Shown piece after piece: positions 19,563 to 29,735 of a stretch of 64,000 nucleotides of DNA (position 1 is the stretch's first letter; every line of letters starts with the position of its first letter). A program made the translations under genes and the position numbers. Origin of the DNA: Gemmatimonadota bacterium (lineage in GTDB: Bacteria; Gemmatimonadota; Gemmatimonadetes; Gemmatimonadales; GWC2-71-9); contig JADFPO010000006.1 of NCBI GenBank assembly GCA_022562295.1, forward strand, positions 4,477 to 68,476. Direction: 5' to 3'. The notes beneath the pieces are model-generated. The model searched no databases. It worked only from the letters and a program-made list of their open reading frames with translations, and was not told the DNA's origin.

Positions 19563-21332
19563 ATGAACACAACCGCGATGCGGACGCACCTCTGTGGGGC
19601 GCTCCGTATGAAACATGTGGCTGAACAGGTACGCTTGGGAGGTTGGGTGCATCGGCGCCGTGACCTCGGCGGCATCGTCTTCGTCGATCTGCGGGATCGA
19701 GAGGGGATCGTTCAGGTCGCGTTAGGCCCCGCGTGGGCGGAGCCGGACGTCATCGCCACGGCGCACGAGATTGGTGCGGAAAATGTTGTCGTGGTGGAGG
19801 GCACCGTCGCTGAGCGTCCGGAAAAAGCACGCAATCCAGACATGGCCACCGGCGACATCGAGGTGCAAGCATCGAGTTTCCGCGTGGTCGGCCCCGCGGA
19901 CACGCCAGCCATCCCCGTGTGGCGCACCAAGGGCGAACCCCCGCCATCGGAAGAACACCGCCTGGAACATCGCCACCTCGACCTACGTCGTCCGGAGATG
20001 CAACGGAACCTCGAACTCCGGCACCGGCTCCTCCAACGGGCGCGACGTTCGATGTCGGACATGGGATTTTACGAGATCGAGACTCCGATCCTCACGCGGC
20101 CCACTCCAGAAGGCGCCAGGGATTACTTGGTACCTTCGCGCGTGAATCCGGGTCAGTTCTTTGCCTTACCTCAGTCCCCTCAAATGTACAAGCAGGTTTT
20201 GATGGCGTGTGGCATGGACAGGTACTTTCAAATCGCCCGGTGTTTCCGTGATGAAGACCTCCGTGCCGATCGGCAGCCGGAATTCACCCAGATTGACATC
20301 GAGGCGTCGTTCGTGAGCGCGTCGGACGTGCATCGGACCGTGGAGTCCGTGTTGGTGGACCTGTGGGAGGAGGGTGGTCAGGTGATCGAAGCGCCCTTTC
20401 CAACGATGTCGCATGCTGATGCGATGGAGCGGTACGGCACGGACAAGCCCGACTTGCGCTACGGACTCACCATCGAAGACCTGGGCGCCGAACTAAGCGG
20501 GCGCGGGTTTGCGGCGTTCGACCAGGCGATCGAAGAGGGTGGGCGCATACGAGGTATCCGCGTGGAGGGTGGTGCGGTGCTGTCGCGCAAGCAGTTGGAT
20601 GTGCTCGCTACCGAAGCGCGCAAGGCCGGAGCAGGGGGGCTTGCGACCCTCAAGCGCAAAGACGACCAGCTCAGTGGCCCGCTGGCCCGCCTCGATGGAA
20701 TGGCCATCGAGAACTGCGGGCTCGATGAGGGTGGTTTGCTACTCGTCGCCGCGGGCGCCGACCAACTGACGTCCGTGGTGCTCGACCGCGTGCGCCTTGG
20801 TTTGATCGACCTCCTGCAGCCGACCCCGCGCACCGACCACGCGTTCACTTGGATCGACGAGTTCCCGCTGTTTGAGGCTACCAAAGACGGCACCGGCTGG
20901 CAACCGGCTCACCATCCGTTCACCGCACCCCGGGAGGAAGATGCGGAGCGGCTGCGGGCGGGTGAGGTCGCCGGACTGCGATCACAGCATTACGACGTGG
21001 TGTACAACGGGAACGAACTCGGGAGCGGATCGATCCGTATCGTTGATCCCGAGCTTCAGCTATGCGTGCTCGAGGCCATTGGGATGGGGCGCGAGGAAGC
21101 GTCGCGCCGGTTCGGCTTTCTCTTGCGCGCGTTGCGTAGTGGCGCACCGCCGCACGGAGGTTTCGCACTGGGTTTCGACCGAATAACCATGCTGCTGGCC
21201 GGCGCTGACAACCTGCGCGACGTGATTGCCTTTCCCAAGACCACGGCGGCTCGTGCCCTGTTCGAAGACACCCCCACCGCGGTGTCTCAAGACGAGTTGC
21301 GCGAGTTGGGAATCCGAGTGTTGCATGAGTGA
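19563..21332 (+). CDS. aspS: aspartate--tRNA ligase
   Basis: 589 aa with an OB-fold N-terminus (GWVHRRRDLGGIVFVDLRD) and class II motifs (FRDEDLRADRQPEFTQID, GGFALGFDR). Confidence 0.95.
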   Translation: MNTTAMRTHLCGALRMKHVAEQVRLGGWVHRRRDLGGIVFVDLRDREGIVQVALGPAWAEPDVIATAHEIGAENVVVVEGTVAERPEKARNPDMATGDIEVQASSFRVVGPADTPAIPVWRTKGEPPPSEEHRLEHRHLDLRRPEMQRNLELRHRLLQRARRSMSDMGFYEIETPILTRPTPEGARDYLVPSRVNPGQFFALPQSPQMYKQVLMACGMDRYFQIARCFRDEDLRADRQPEFTQIDIEASFVSASDVHRTVESVLVDLWEEGGQVIEAPFPTMSHADAMERYGTDKPDLRYGLTIEDLGAELSGRGFAAFDQAIEEGGRIRGIRVEGGAVLSRKQLDVLATEARKAGAGGLATLKRKDDQLSGPLARLDGMAIENCGLDEGGLLLVAAGADQLTSVVLDRVRLGLIDLLQPTPRTDHAFTWIDEFPLFEATKDGTGWQPAHHPFTAPREEDAERLRAGEVAGLRSQHYDVVYNGNELGSGSIRIVDPELQLCVLEAIGMGREEASRRFGFLLRALRSGAPPHGGFALGFDRITMLLAGADNLRDVIAFPKTTAARALFEDTPTAVSQDELRELGIRVLHE

Positions 21333-22290
21333 TCCCGTTATCCACCGACTCTCGGTCGAAGGAGCCGATCCCCTGACATTGGTGGGCGTGAACGACGCCA
21401 ATCTGCTTGCCTTGGAGCGTGTCACGGGTGTGCGTGTCTCGTTGCGGGGCGATCAGTTCACGCTCGCTGGCAGCGTCGAATCTGTCGAGAACGCAACATG
21501 GATTGCGTCGGCCATGATCGACGTGGCCCGGATGGACCGGCCGTTGACGCCTGAGGACGTCGAACGGTTGGCGGCCAACGGCGACAGACAGCGCGAGGTG
21601 TGGAGCGACGGAGTCGCCGCCGGAGGACCCAAGATCGTCCTTCCGGGCATGCGACGGGCCGTGCAGCCCAAGACACCAGGGCAGGCCGCGTACCTCAAGG
21701 CGATGAAAGAAGAGGACATCGTGGTGGGGATTGGACCGGCCGGCACTGGAAAGACTTATCTCGCAGTAGCAACCGGCGTCGAGGCGCTCACCCGTAAACA
21801 CGTGCGCCGCCTGGTGCTTGCAAGGCCGGCCGTCGAAGCAGGCGAGCGGTTGGGATTTCTGCCGGGGGATCTGCAGGCGAAGATCGACCCGTACCTCCGT
21901 CCGCTGTACGATGCCCTCGAGGAAATGATGCCGGACGGACGCGCACAGCGCGCGATCGAGAACCGGACGATCGAGATCGCGCCGTTGGGATACATGCGGG
22001 GCCGTACGCTGAGCGACGCGTTTGTCATTTTGGATGAGGCACAGAACGTCACGAGCGGTCAAATGAAAATGTTTCTCACCCGACTCGGCGTGAACTCGCG
22101 GGCAGTCGTAATCGGCGATAAGACACAGATCGACCTCGACCCCCGCGAGGAGTCAGGCTTGGTGCAGATCGAACGAATTCTCCCCGGTATTGACGGCGTG
22201 AAATTCTGCTACCTCGAAGAGTGCGACGTGGTCAGACACCGGTTGGTGCGGCATATCTTGCGGGCGTATCACGACAACAGCGGCGGATGA
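21325..22290 (+). CDS. phoH: PhoH-like ATPase
   Basis: Starts at ATG 21325 (MSDPVIHRL...) with Walker A GPAGTGKTYLAV and a PhoH-type C-terminal region. It overlaps the aspS end by 8 nt. Confidence 0.9.
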   Translation: MSDPVIHRLSVEGADPLTLVGVNDANLLALERVTGVRVSLRGDQFTLAGSVESVENATWIASAMIDVARMDRPLTPEDVERLAANGDRQREVWSDGVAAGGPKIVLPGMRRAVQPKTPGQAAYLKAMKEEDIVVGIGPAGTGKTYLAVATGVEALTRKHVRRLVLARPAVEAGERLGFLPGDLQAKIDPYLRPLYDALEEMMPDGRAQRAIENRTIEIAPLGYMRGRTLSDAFVILDEAQNVTSGQMKMFLTRLGVNSRAVVIGDKTQIDLDPREESGLVQIERILPGIDGVKFCYLEECDVVRHRLVRHILRAYHDNSGG

Positions 22291-24494
22291 ATCAGCAGCC
22301 ACTCGCCTCTGACGTGCCCAAAGTGAGGCGGAACCGGGGGAAGCGTGTCGCATACCACGCGGCTCGATGGCTGCCCTTGATGGGTATCGCGGGTCTCACG
22401 TATGCGCTCTTCCCGGCGGCTCAGGGACTAGAGGTGTTCGTCCCCGAAGTCGATAAGGTATCGGCTGTCGAAGTGGTCGCCCCGTTCGATTTTCTCGTAG
22501 TGAAAACGCAATCCGAGCGTGATCAAGATGCCGACGTGCGTGCGGCCCAGATCCGGCCCATTTACGAATATCAGGAGGGTGTGGCCGACTCGATCTTGGC
22601 GGTCGTGGACGCGCTGTTTGCGGCCCTCGATACCGCCGACCTCGCCAGCACAATGCTCGAGATCGCGGAGGAGTTCGGCGTGCGGCTCACCGGAGAGGAG
22701 GCCGGTTATCTGCAGGAAGGGGACGCGCTCAGCGCGTTCCGGGAGTCTCTCCGTCGGATGGTGCGGATCCACCTGGCGGCAGGCGTCACGGCACAGGGCG
22801 TCGTGGAAGCTGAGACCAACGACGAGATACTCTTGCGTCGAGGAGACAACGACACCCGGGTGAGCCGCGACTCGATCATGACGCAAACTCGCTTTTTCGA
22901 GCTTGGTTCGTCTGAGCTTCCCGATCCGAACTCTGCGGTGGCCGACCAGCTCTTCGTCAAACTGCTGAGCGAATTCTTCCAGCCGACGATCTTGCCCAAC
23001 GAAAGCGAGACGGAAGCCCGGCGGCTGGAGGTGCGCGCTGCCACGGTGGATTCGATCAAGGACCGAGTGCAGCGAGACGAGCGGATCATCAACACACACG
23101 AGATCGTGACGCCACGAGTCCGCGATCGCCTCGTGACATTACAACAAGAACTCCTCGACCGCGGGGGGCCCAACGAAGGAAGCGTACGAAGCGTGATCGG
23201 CCAGGTGTTGACGAATGGTCTCGTCGTCTCCGTGTTCTGGCTCTTGTTGATGATATACGTCCCGCAGACTTATGGGGAAATGCGGCACATGATGGTGTTC
23301 ACCGCGCTGTTCGCGATCGTGATCCTGGTGGCATCGGCAAACCACCGGTTCATCCACCCCAGCGCCGAACTCATCCCGATACCTTTTGCGGCGCTCGTGA
23401 TCACGGTGCTGTTCAACGGGCGCATCGCCATGGTAGCCGCCATCGTTCTCGCCGAGTTACTCGGTTCCCAGGTGGCATACGGTGGTCAGGACGCAATCTA
23501 TGTCGCGCTGCTCGGCGGCGTCGCGGCGGCGTTGAGCGTGCGGCGCATCAGCCGCCGTACCGGGATTCTCGGCTCAGCCGCGCTCGTGACCGCTGCCTTC
23601 GCTCTCGCCGCGGGAACCGTCGGACTTCGAGTTGGGTTGCCGCTCACCGAGGTGGGTTTGCGTGTGGTGCTCGGGGCCAGCAACGCCACCGTGTCGGCGG
23701 CACTCGTGTTCCTGGTTCTGCCAATCTTCGAACGCTGGACCCACATCAGCACCGACATGACGCTGCTGGAGCTTTCGGACCCCAATCAACCGCTGTTGCG
23801 GCGGTTGGCCACCGATGTGCCGGGGACCTATGCGCACAGTGTTGCGATGGCTAGCCTATGTGAAGGCGCCTGTGACGCCATTGGGGCGGATGGGTTGTTG
23901 GCCCGTGTGGGTTGCTATTACCACGATATAGGCAAGCTGAAAAAACCGCTGCACTTCGTGGAGAATCAGGGAGTCGGCGGCAACCCTCACGATCGACTGC
24001 CACCGGATGTTTCGGCACAGATCATCCGAAACCACGTGATCGAGGGGTTGGCGCTTGCAGAAGAGCACAGGCTCCCGCCGTCGATCAAGGCCTTCATTGC
24101 GGAGCACCACGGCACCGCTGAGATCTCCTATTTCCTGGATCGCGCCCGCAAGAACGGTCCTGTTTCGGAGGATGCGTTACAGCTCTTCAGTTACCCTGGT
24201 CCGAAGCCGCAGTCCGCTGAAACCGCGGTGTGCATGCTCGCTGATGGTGTGGAAGCAGCGCTGAGGGTGCTCGAGGAACCGTCGATAGAAAAGCTGCGCG
24301 GAGCGATCGATCACGTCGTCAAGCAGCGCATGGACATCGGCCAGCTCGACGAAGCACCGTTGACGATGGGCCAACTTGACCGCGTGAAGCAGGAATTCGT
24401 GCACCGACTGAGCGGCATGTATCACAGTCGACTAGAGTATCCAGAGGAGACAGGTGGCATCACGGCCAACTGGGGCGACGACTCCGGGGCGTGA
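22287..24494 (+). CDS. 7TM-HD membrane phosphohydrolase (PgpH/YqfF family)
   Basis: An extracellular N-terminal domain is followed by about 7 TM helices and an HD domain (YHDIGKLKKP, EHHGT). There is an ATGA overlap with phoH (22287-22290). Confidence 0.85.
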   Translation: MNQQPLASDVPKVRRNRGKRVAYHAARWLPLMGIAGLTYALFPAAQGLEVFVPEVDKVSAVEVVAPFDFLVVKTQSERDQDADVRAAQIRPIYEYQEGVADSILAVVDALFAALDTADLASTMLEIAEEFGVRLTGEEAGYLQEGDALSAFRESLRRMVRIHLAAGVTAQGVVEAETNDEILLRRGDNDTRVSRDSIMTQTRFFELGSSELPDPNSAVADQLFVKLLSEFFQPTILPNESETEARRLEVRAATVDSIKDRVQRDERIINTHEIVTPRVRDRLVTLQQELLDRGGPNEGSVRSVIGQVLTNGLVVSVFWLLLMIYVPQTYGEMRHMMVFTALFAIVILVASANHRFIHPSAELIPIPFAALVITVLFNGRIAMVAAIVLAELLGSQVAYGGQDAIYVALLGGVAAALSVRRISRRTGILGSAALVTAAFALAAGTVGLRVGLPLTEVGLRVVLGASNATVSAALVFLVLPIFERWTHISTDMTLLELSDPNQPLLRRLATDVPGTYAHSVAMASLCEGACDAIGADGLLARVGCYYHDIGKLKKPLHFVENQGVGGNPHDRLPPDVSAQIIRNHVIEGLALAEEHRLPPSIKAFIAEHHGTAEISYFLDRARKNGPVSEDALQLFSYPGPKPQSAETAVCMLADGVEAALRVLEEPSIEKLRGAIDHVVKQRMDIGQLDEAPLTMGQLDRVKQEFVHRLSGMYHSRLEYPEETGGITANWGDDSGA

Positions 24495-24501
24495 CATTCG
24501 G

Positions 24502-24921
24502 GTGTGCTATGCCGGTGACCGGCGGGCCCTCTCTCCAGCTACCGTTCGACGCGTGGTGCTCGCGGTACTGGACGGAGAGGGAGCCGGCGAGACGCGAATG
24601 ACGGTAACATTCCTTTCGTCTGCCAAGATGCGCGCGCTCAATCGACGGACTTTCCGTAGAGACCGAGCCACTGACGTTATCGGGTTCACCCTCCCCCACC
24701 CGGGCGCATTGGTGGGTGACGTGTACGTGTGTCCCGGTGTGGGGCGCCGCTCGGCGGTGCGATTCAAGGTGCCCGTGCAAGAGGAATTGATACGCTTGGT
24801 CGTGCATGGCACCCTCCATGTCCTCGGGTACGATCACCCGCCCGGTAAGGATCGGATCGAGTCTCCCATGTGGATGGCGCAGGAGCGCTACGTCGCGGTG
24901 GTGACTGGGAGTGCGGCATGA
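24502..24921 (+). CDS. ybeY: rRNA maturation endoribonuclease YbeY
   Basis: Zinc motif HGTLHVLGYDH. I placed the start at GTG 24502, just after the pgpH stop. The track start at 24454 would overlap pgpH by 41 nt. Confidence 0.85.
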   Translation: MCYAGDRRALSPATVRRVVLAVLDGEGAGETRMTVTFLSSAKMRALNRRTFRRDRATDVIGFTLPHPGALVGDVYVCPGVGRRSAVRFKVPVQEELIRLVVHGTLHVLGYDHPPGKDRIESPMWMAQERYVAVVTGSAA

Positions 24922-26117
24922 CGATTTCGGCCCTCGGTGCCACTGCACTGGTGATCTCACTGCTGGCCGCGTCATGGGCGGCGCTACTCTCGTTGGCGGA
25001 GGAATCGCCCAAGGTTGCGCGGACCTTGGTCGATACGGGCTCTGCGGAGCCCCATGAGCCGACGCGGTACCGGGTGATTCACGTGAGCCGCCTGGCGCTG
25101 TTGCTGATCGCCGCTGCTGCAGGCGCGGAGGCGCTGCAGTGGTGGCAACGCCCGTTGTTGGAGGGACTGGTCGCGTCTGGGATCGGCATTGGCTTTCTGT
25201 TCATGATCGCCGAAGCGCTGCCGCGTGCCGTAGGGGTTCTGGCTCCCGAAGTGGCCGCCGCCGCCGCCCCGACAGCGGAGCGGAGTGCGGCGCTGTTTCG
25301 TCCCCTCTTGGGGATCGTTACGGCGGTCGAGCGTTCCGTGCGCGCCGTTCTGCCGTCCACGCGGAGTGGGGACAGCGGGTTTTCGGCTCAACGCAATTTG
25401 TTGCTGGGTGTTTTTTCCCTCGGCGAGACAACCGTCGCCGAAATCATGACGCCGCGGCTCGACGTCGTGGCGCTGAACCATCGCGCCACGTGGCGGGAGG
25501 TGGTGGATCTGGTGCGGAGGAGCGAACACGCGCGCATCCCGGTCGTTACCGATACGCTCGACCACGTGGTGGGCTGTCTGAATGCGAAGGATCTGGTACC
25601 GGCCGTGGCGGGGGTGGCCTCCGTGCCCGATCGCTGGCAGGCGCTCATTCGGCCGGTGCAGTTCGTTCCCGAGTCTAAATCGCTCACCATGCAGCTACGC
25701 GATTTTCAGCGCGGGGCGTCGCATATCGCCGTGGTAGTCGATGAATTCGGCGGAACGTCCGGGGTGGTGACGCTGGAGGATATTCTCGAGGAGGTCGTTG
25801 GGGAGATTCACGATGAGTACGATGTCGATGAGCAACCGGACATCGTGCGGGAGGGAGCGGACAAGTTTTGGGTGGATGGCAAGATCACGCTCGACGAGCT
25901 GAGTGCGTTGCTGCAGACCGACATTGAGAAGCCGGAGGTCGGCACCGTGGGAGGGCTGGTATACGCCGAACTCGGTCGGGTTCCCGATCCGGGAGACGAG
26001 TTCCGACTGGGAGAATTCCGCGTCGTGGTGGAGCGCGTTACGCGGCGTCGAGTCCGGCGCGTGTATTTCGAACGAGCCACCGTGCGCGATACCGATCAGA
26101 GCGGAGCGGCCGGATGA
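24918..26117 (+). CDS. CNNM/CorC-type hemolysin-family protein (DUF21-CBS pair-CorC_HlyC)
   Basis: TM N-terminal domain, CBS pair (TVAEIMTPRLDVV...), HIAVVVDEFGGTSGVVTLEDILEEVVGEI, and a CorC C-terminal domain. There is an ATGA overlap with ybeY. Confidence 0.85.
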   Translation: MTISALGATALVISLLAASWAALLSLAEESPKVARTLVDTGSAEPHEPTRYRVIHVSRLALLLIAAAAGAEALQWWQRPLLEGLVASGIGIGFLFMIAEALPRAVGVLAPEVAAAAAPTAERSAALFRPLLGIVTAVERSVRAVLPSTRSGDSGFSAQRNLLLGVFSLGETTVAEIMTPRLDVVALNHRATWREVVDLVRRSEHARIPVVTDTLDHVVGCLNAKDLVPAVAGVASVPDRWQALIRPVQFVPESKSLTMQLRDFQRGASHIAVVVDEFGGTSGVVTLEDILEEVVGEIHDEYDVDEQPDIVREGADKFWVDGKITLDELSALLQTDIEKPEVGTVGGLVYAELGRVPDPGDEFRLGEFRVVVERVTRRRVRRVYFERATVRDTDQSGAAG

Positions 26118-27307
26118 ATATCTGGCTGGCCATCGTTGGCGGGCTCACGGCGGCAGCTCTGGGTACGACGGTGGCCGTGGCGGCGGCGGCCGTCAGCCGA
26201 TTGGAACTGACGCGCTGGATTTCACAGCGCCTCCGGGGTGCAGCAGTGGCCAGTGCCACGATCGCCAAGCCGGGAAGTTTGATGCGCGTTGCCTCTGCGG
26301 TCGCCGCGGTCGGAATCCTTACCGCGGGGCTCGGGCTTGCAGCCCTGGTGCGCGACCTATCCGGCATCATGAAGGTGGGACTACTGCTGTTCGGCGCCGT
26401 GCCGCTCGTGGCCGTGGTGTGCTACGCGGTGCCGCGAGCCGTGGGGCAGCAGTGGTGCGAGCCCATCGTGCGGCGCGCCGGACCTTGGATGCGCCGGTTG
26501 GCCGTGGTGGTCAGACCACTGATACCGGGGTCGTGGGAGGATAGAGCGACGGATTTCGCCGACATGCTCCGAGCCGGCAGTGCCGAGGACTTCCTCGAAC
26601 CCGAGGAAGTTTCGATCATCAGCGGCGTGCTCGACTTCACCCAACGGCCGGTCCGCGACGTCATGACGCCTCGAACCGATGTGGTTGCGCTGGAAGAGGG
26701 GGCGTTGCTGTCCGATGTTGGCAGGCTCTTCGATGAGTCGGGCTATTCGCGGCTGCCGGTATACCAAGACTCGTTCGACCATATCGTGGGAATGGTCTAT
26801 GCGTTCGACCTGCTCAAGGTCGAACCGGGCGGGCAGCTTCCCATCCGCCCCGTCGCCGTCACGCCTGGTTCCAAGCCGTGCGCGGAATTGCTCGTGCAGC
26901 TCCAGCGGGAGCGGCGCCAGCTGGCAGTCGTGCTCGACGAATTTGGCGGCACGGCAGGCATCGCGACTTTCGAGGATCTGCTCGAGGTGCTTGTTGGGGA
27001 CATCTTCGAGGAAGGGGAAGGGGCGTCGTTGCCGCCGGGATCGTCCGCAGACGTCGTCGAGTTGGACGGCTCGACCCTCAGCTCCGACGTGGCCAACCGT
27101 TTCGGCATCCGCCTCGCCGCAGATGTCGAGACGATCGGTGGTCTGTTGGCACGTGAGGCCGGACGGATTCCGAACGCCGGCGATCGCTTCATCTTGAAGG
27201 GGTTGGAGTTCGACGTCTTGGCGGCATCGCCGACCCGCGTAGAGCGGATCGCCGTGAGGCGTGGCCCGGTCAGGACCGAGAGGTTGACGTCCGGAACGCC
27301 GGACTGA
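26114..27307 (+). CDS. second CNNM/CorC-type hemolysin-family protein (tandem paralogue)
   Basis: Same architecture as the previous gene (VRDVMTPRTDVV, LAVVLDEFGGTAGIATFEDLLEVLVGDI). There is an ATGA overlap at 26114-26117. Confidence 0.8.
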   Translation: MNIWLAIVGGLTAAALGTTVAVAAAAVSRLELTRWISQRLRGAAVASATIAKPGSLMRVASAVAAVGILTAGLGLAALVRDLSGIMKVGLLLFGAVPLVAVVCYAVPRAVGQQWCEPIVRRAGPWMRRLAVVVRPLIPGSWEDRATDFADMLRAGSAEDFLEPEEVSIISGVLDFTQRPVRDVMTPRTDVVALEEGALLSDVGRLFDESGYSRLPVYQDSFDHIVGMVYAFDLLKVEPGGQLPIRPVAVTPGSKPCAELLVQLQRERRQLAVVLDEFGGTAGIATFEDLLEVLVGDIFEEGEGASLPPGSSADVVELDGSTLSSDVANRFGIRLAADVETIGGLLAREAGRIPNAGDRFILKGLEFDVLAASPTRVERIAVRRGPVRTERLTSGTPD

Positions 27308-27381
27308 CTTGCCAACCCTGTAGCTGATTAGTTTCCATTCCCGTCGTTTCGAGAACCCCACGTCCAACGGAAGCTCGACGA

Positions 27382-28719
27382 ATGACCGAACCGCGCATCC
27401 TCGTGGAAGAACTCACGCGCATCGCAGAGGCTGGCGACTTCGAGATGTTCCGCGAGCGAGCAGAACGGGTCCATCCGTCCGACTTGGCCGACGCATTTGC
27501 CGCGTTGGATGAGGACCTGAGGGTTCGGTTGATCGAACGGTTGCCGCCGGAACTCGTATCCCCCGCGTTGGCCGAGATGGAGCCGGAAGAGGGACCCCTC
27601 GAGGTGCTCGAGGCGCTGCCTGATGAGCGTGCGGCAGACATCGTAGAAGAACTGGCCGCAAACGACGCTGCCGACGTCATCGCCGACCTTCCTCCCGAAC
27701 GGGCCGATACCATCCTCAAGCTGGTCGACGATCGCGAAGAGATCGAAGACCTGCTGCGCTACGACGAGGACTCCGCCGGGGGCATTATGACGACGGAGCT
27801 CGTGTCCGTTCGTGACGACGCCACCGCCGGAGAGGCGATCGACGAGATTCGAAGGCAAGGCGAGCGGGTCGAAGACTTTTATCAGGTGTACTGCGTCGAC
27901 GCCCAGAAGAGGTTGGTCGGGTTGTTGCCGCTCCGTCGTATCGTGTGCATCCCACCGGACCGGCCCGTGACCGACGTGATGGAACCCGCCCCGGTGGTCG
28001 CACAGCCGGATTTGGACCAGGAGGAGGTCGCCAGGTTGATGTCACATTACAACTTGGCGGCCGTGCCAGTGGTGGACATTGGCGGACGACTCATCGGGCG
28101 GATCACCTTCGACGATGTCATCGACGTCGTCGAGGCCGAGCAGACCGAAGACCTGCTCAAATTCGGAGGTGCGTCGGGAGACGAGCTGCTGGGTGGTGAG
28201 TGGACAAGTTCGGTGCGAAAACGGCTCCCGTGGCTCTTGGTGAATCTGATCACCGCGTCGATGGCTGCGTTCATTATTCTCCTGTTCAAAGACGCCATCG
28301 AAGCAATCTTGATCCTGGCTGTGCTGGGACCCGTCATTGCCGGCATGGGTGGCAACGCCGCCACGCAGGCATTGGCGGTCACCGTGCGTCGGCTGGCGCT
28401 GGGCCAGATCCCACGCGAGCGGGCCGTGCGGGTCGTGGGGAAGGAATTGTTGGTGGGATTGACCAACGGCTTGGCTGTTGGTCTCATCGTCGGTGTTGTG
28501 GCCTCCTTTACCGGCAACGGCTACATGCTCGGCATTGTCGTCTTCCTGGCGGTGTGGGGCAACATCATGATCGCCGGCATTGCCGGCGCCTCGATTCCGC
28601 TGATGCTCGATCGGCTTGGACTCGATCCCGCCGTCGCGAGTTCTGTGTTCGTCACGGCGTTCACCGACATGTTCGGCTACTTCCTTATTCTTGGTCTCGC
28701 ATCCGTGATGATTCTGTGA
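27382..28719 (+). CDS. mgtE: magnesium transporter MgtE
   Basis: 445 aa with an acidic MgtE N-domain, two CBS domains and a TM domain carrying GMGGNAATQAL. Confidence 0.9.
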   Translation: MTEPRILVEELTRIAEAGDFEMFRERAERVHPSDLADAFAALDEDLRVRLIERLPPELVSPALAEMEPEEGPLEVLEALPDERAADIVEELAANDAADVIADLPPERADTILKLVDDREEIEDLLRYDEDSAGGIMTTELVSVRDDATAGEAIDEIRRQGERVEDFYQVYCVDAQKRLVGLLPLRRIVCIPPDRPVTDVMEPAPVVAQPDLDQEEVARLMSHYNLAAVPVVDIGGRLIGRITFDDVIDVVEAEQTEDLLKFGGASGDELLGGEWTSSVRKRLPWLLVNLITASMAAFIILLFKDAIEAILILAVLGPVIAGMGGNAATQALAVTVRRLALGQIPRERAVRVVGKELLVGLTNGLAVGLIVGVVASFTGNGYMLGIVVFLAVWGNIMIAGIAGASIPLMLDRLGLDPAVASSVFVTAFTDMFGYFLILGLASVMIL

Positions 28720-28807
28720 CCGGCGGCCGGGGTCCCCGACCCATCCCTCCCACCCGGATTCGCTTTACGGATTCCGCCGGTAACGATCCCGTCCGGGAAT
28801 CTGTCTC

Positions 28808-29581
28808 ATGACCGTTGACACCGTCACGTCCAACCTGATTGCCGAATTCCGGCGCGGCAGCACCGCTGCGCTAGCGCGGATGATCTCGATGGTGGAGAAC
28901 GGTGAGCCCGCCTCCGAGCGGATTCTGGCCGAGGTCCAATTCGGTGTAGGAGCGGCATACCGGATCGGCATCACCGGTGCGCCTGGGGTGGGAAAGTCGA
29001 CATTGACGGGGCGAGTGATCCAGGAGTACCGCCGCCGCGGCATGACGATCGGCTGTGTCGTGGTGGATCCAACGAGCCCTCTCTCCGGGGGGGCGCTGCT
29101 CGGGGATCGTATCCGGATGGCGGAGGTGGCGACGGATGAAGGGGTGTTCATCCGTTCGATGGCGACGCGGGGAGCGCTTGGCGGCCTGGCGAGTGCCACG
29201 CGTCAGGTGTGCGATGTTCTCGATGGGTTTGGGTTTGATAGGATCATCGTCGAGACGGTCGGTGTCGGTCAGTCGGATCTGACGGTGACCGAAGTGACAG
29301 ACACGACCGTGTTGCTGTTGGTCCCGGAGTCCGGGGACAGCGTACAGGTTCTGAAAGCCGGTATTTTGGAAGTGGCCGATCTGTTCGTCGTCAACAAGGC
29401 GGATCGCTCGGGCGCCGATTATTTGGCAAAGGAGTTGCGTGGATTGGCGGAGATTCGCGAGGCGGCGGCGAGTCCCCCTCGCCCCGGGGGAGGAAGGAAC
29501 CCCCAGGTGTTGAAGACGGTTGCTACTGAGAACACAGGCGTTGTCGAGCTGGTTGACGCGCTGGAAACTCTCCGAGAATAG
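28808..29581 (+). CDS. meaB: methylmalonyl-CoA mutase-associated GTPase MeaB/ArgK (short form)
   Basis: P-loop GAPGVGKST, DPTSPLSGGALLGDRIRM, ETVGVGQS and NKAD. It ends soon after the G-domain at 257 aa. Confidence 0.85.
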   Translation: MTVDTVTSNLIAEFRRGSTAALARMISMVENGEPASERILAEVQFGVGAAYRIGITGAPGVGKSTLTGRVIQEYRRRGMTIGCVVVDPTSPLSGGALLGDRIRMAEVATDEGVFIRSMATRGALGGLASATRQVCDVLDGFGFDRIIVETVGVGQSDLTVTEVTDTTVLLLVPESGDSVQVLKAGILEVADLFVVNKADRSGADYLAKELRGLAEIREAAASPPRPGGGRNPQVLKTVATENTGVVELVDALETLRE

Positions 29582-29735
29582 TCCGTGGGAGCGCGCCACA
29601 CGAGAGCCGCGGGGGACGGGCGGACTCCCATGCCGACGTACCAAGGCCGCGTCAGCGATCTGAGGCTGTGAGACTCGGACTGTTCCACCAGAACAGCTTG
29701 TCTGCCCCAAAATGCGGCACTAGCTTCCCGACACG

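Noticed and set aside
20920-22062. 380-aa minus-strand ORF, plus similar long shadow ORFs elsewhere (26381..27367, 47382..48497, 50354..51841, 57483..58556, 61661..62704).
   Set aside because: All lie antisense or out of frame to confidently identified genes (phoH, CNNM, CoA-transferase, TRAP permease, histidine kinase, acyl-CoA dehydrogenase). Their Arg/Gly/Pro-rich composition is that of GC-rich shadow frames.
27308-27381. M-box (Mg2+) riboswitch upstream of mgtE.
   Set aside because: The intergenic gap is only 74 nt, far shorter than an M-box aptamer, and no matching helices were seen.
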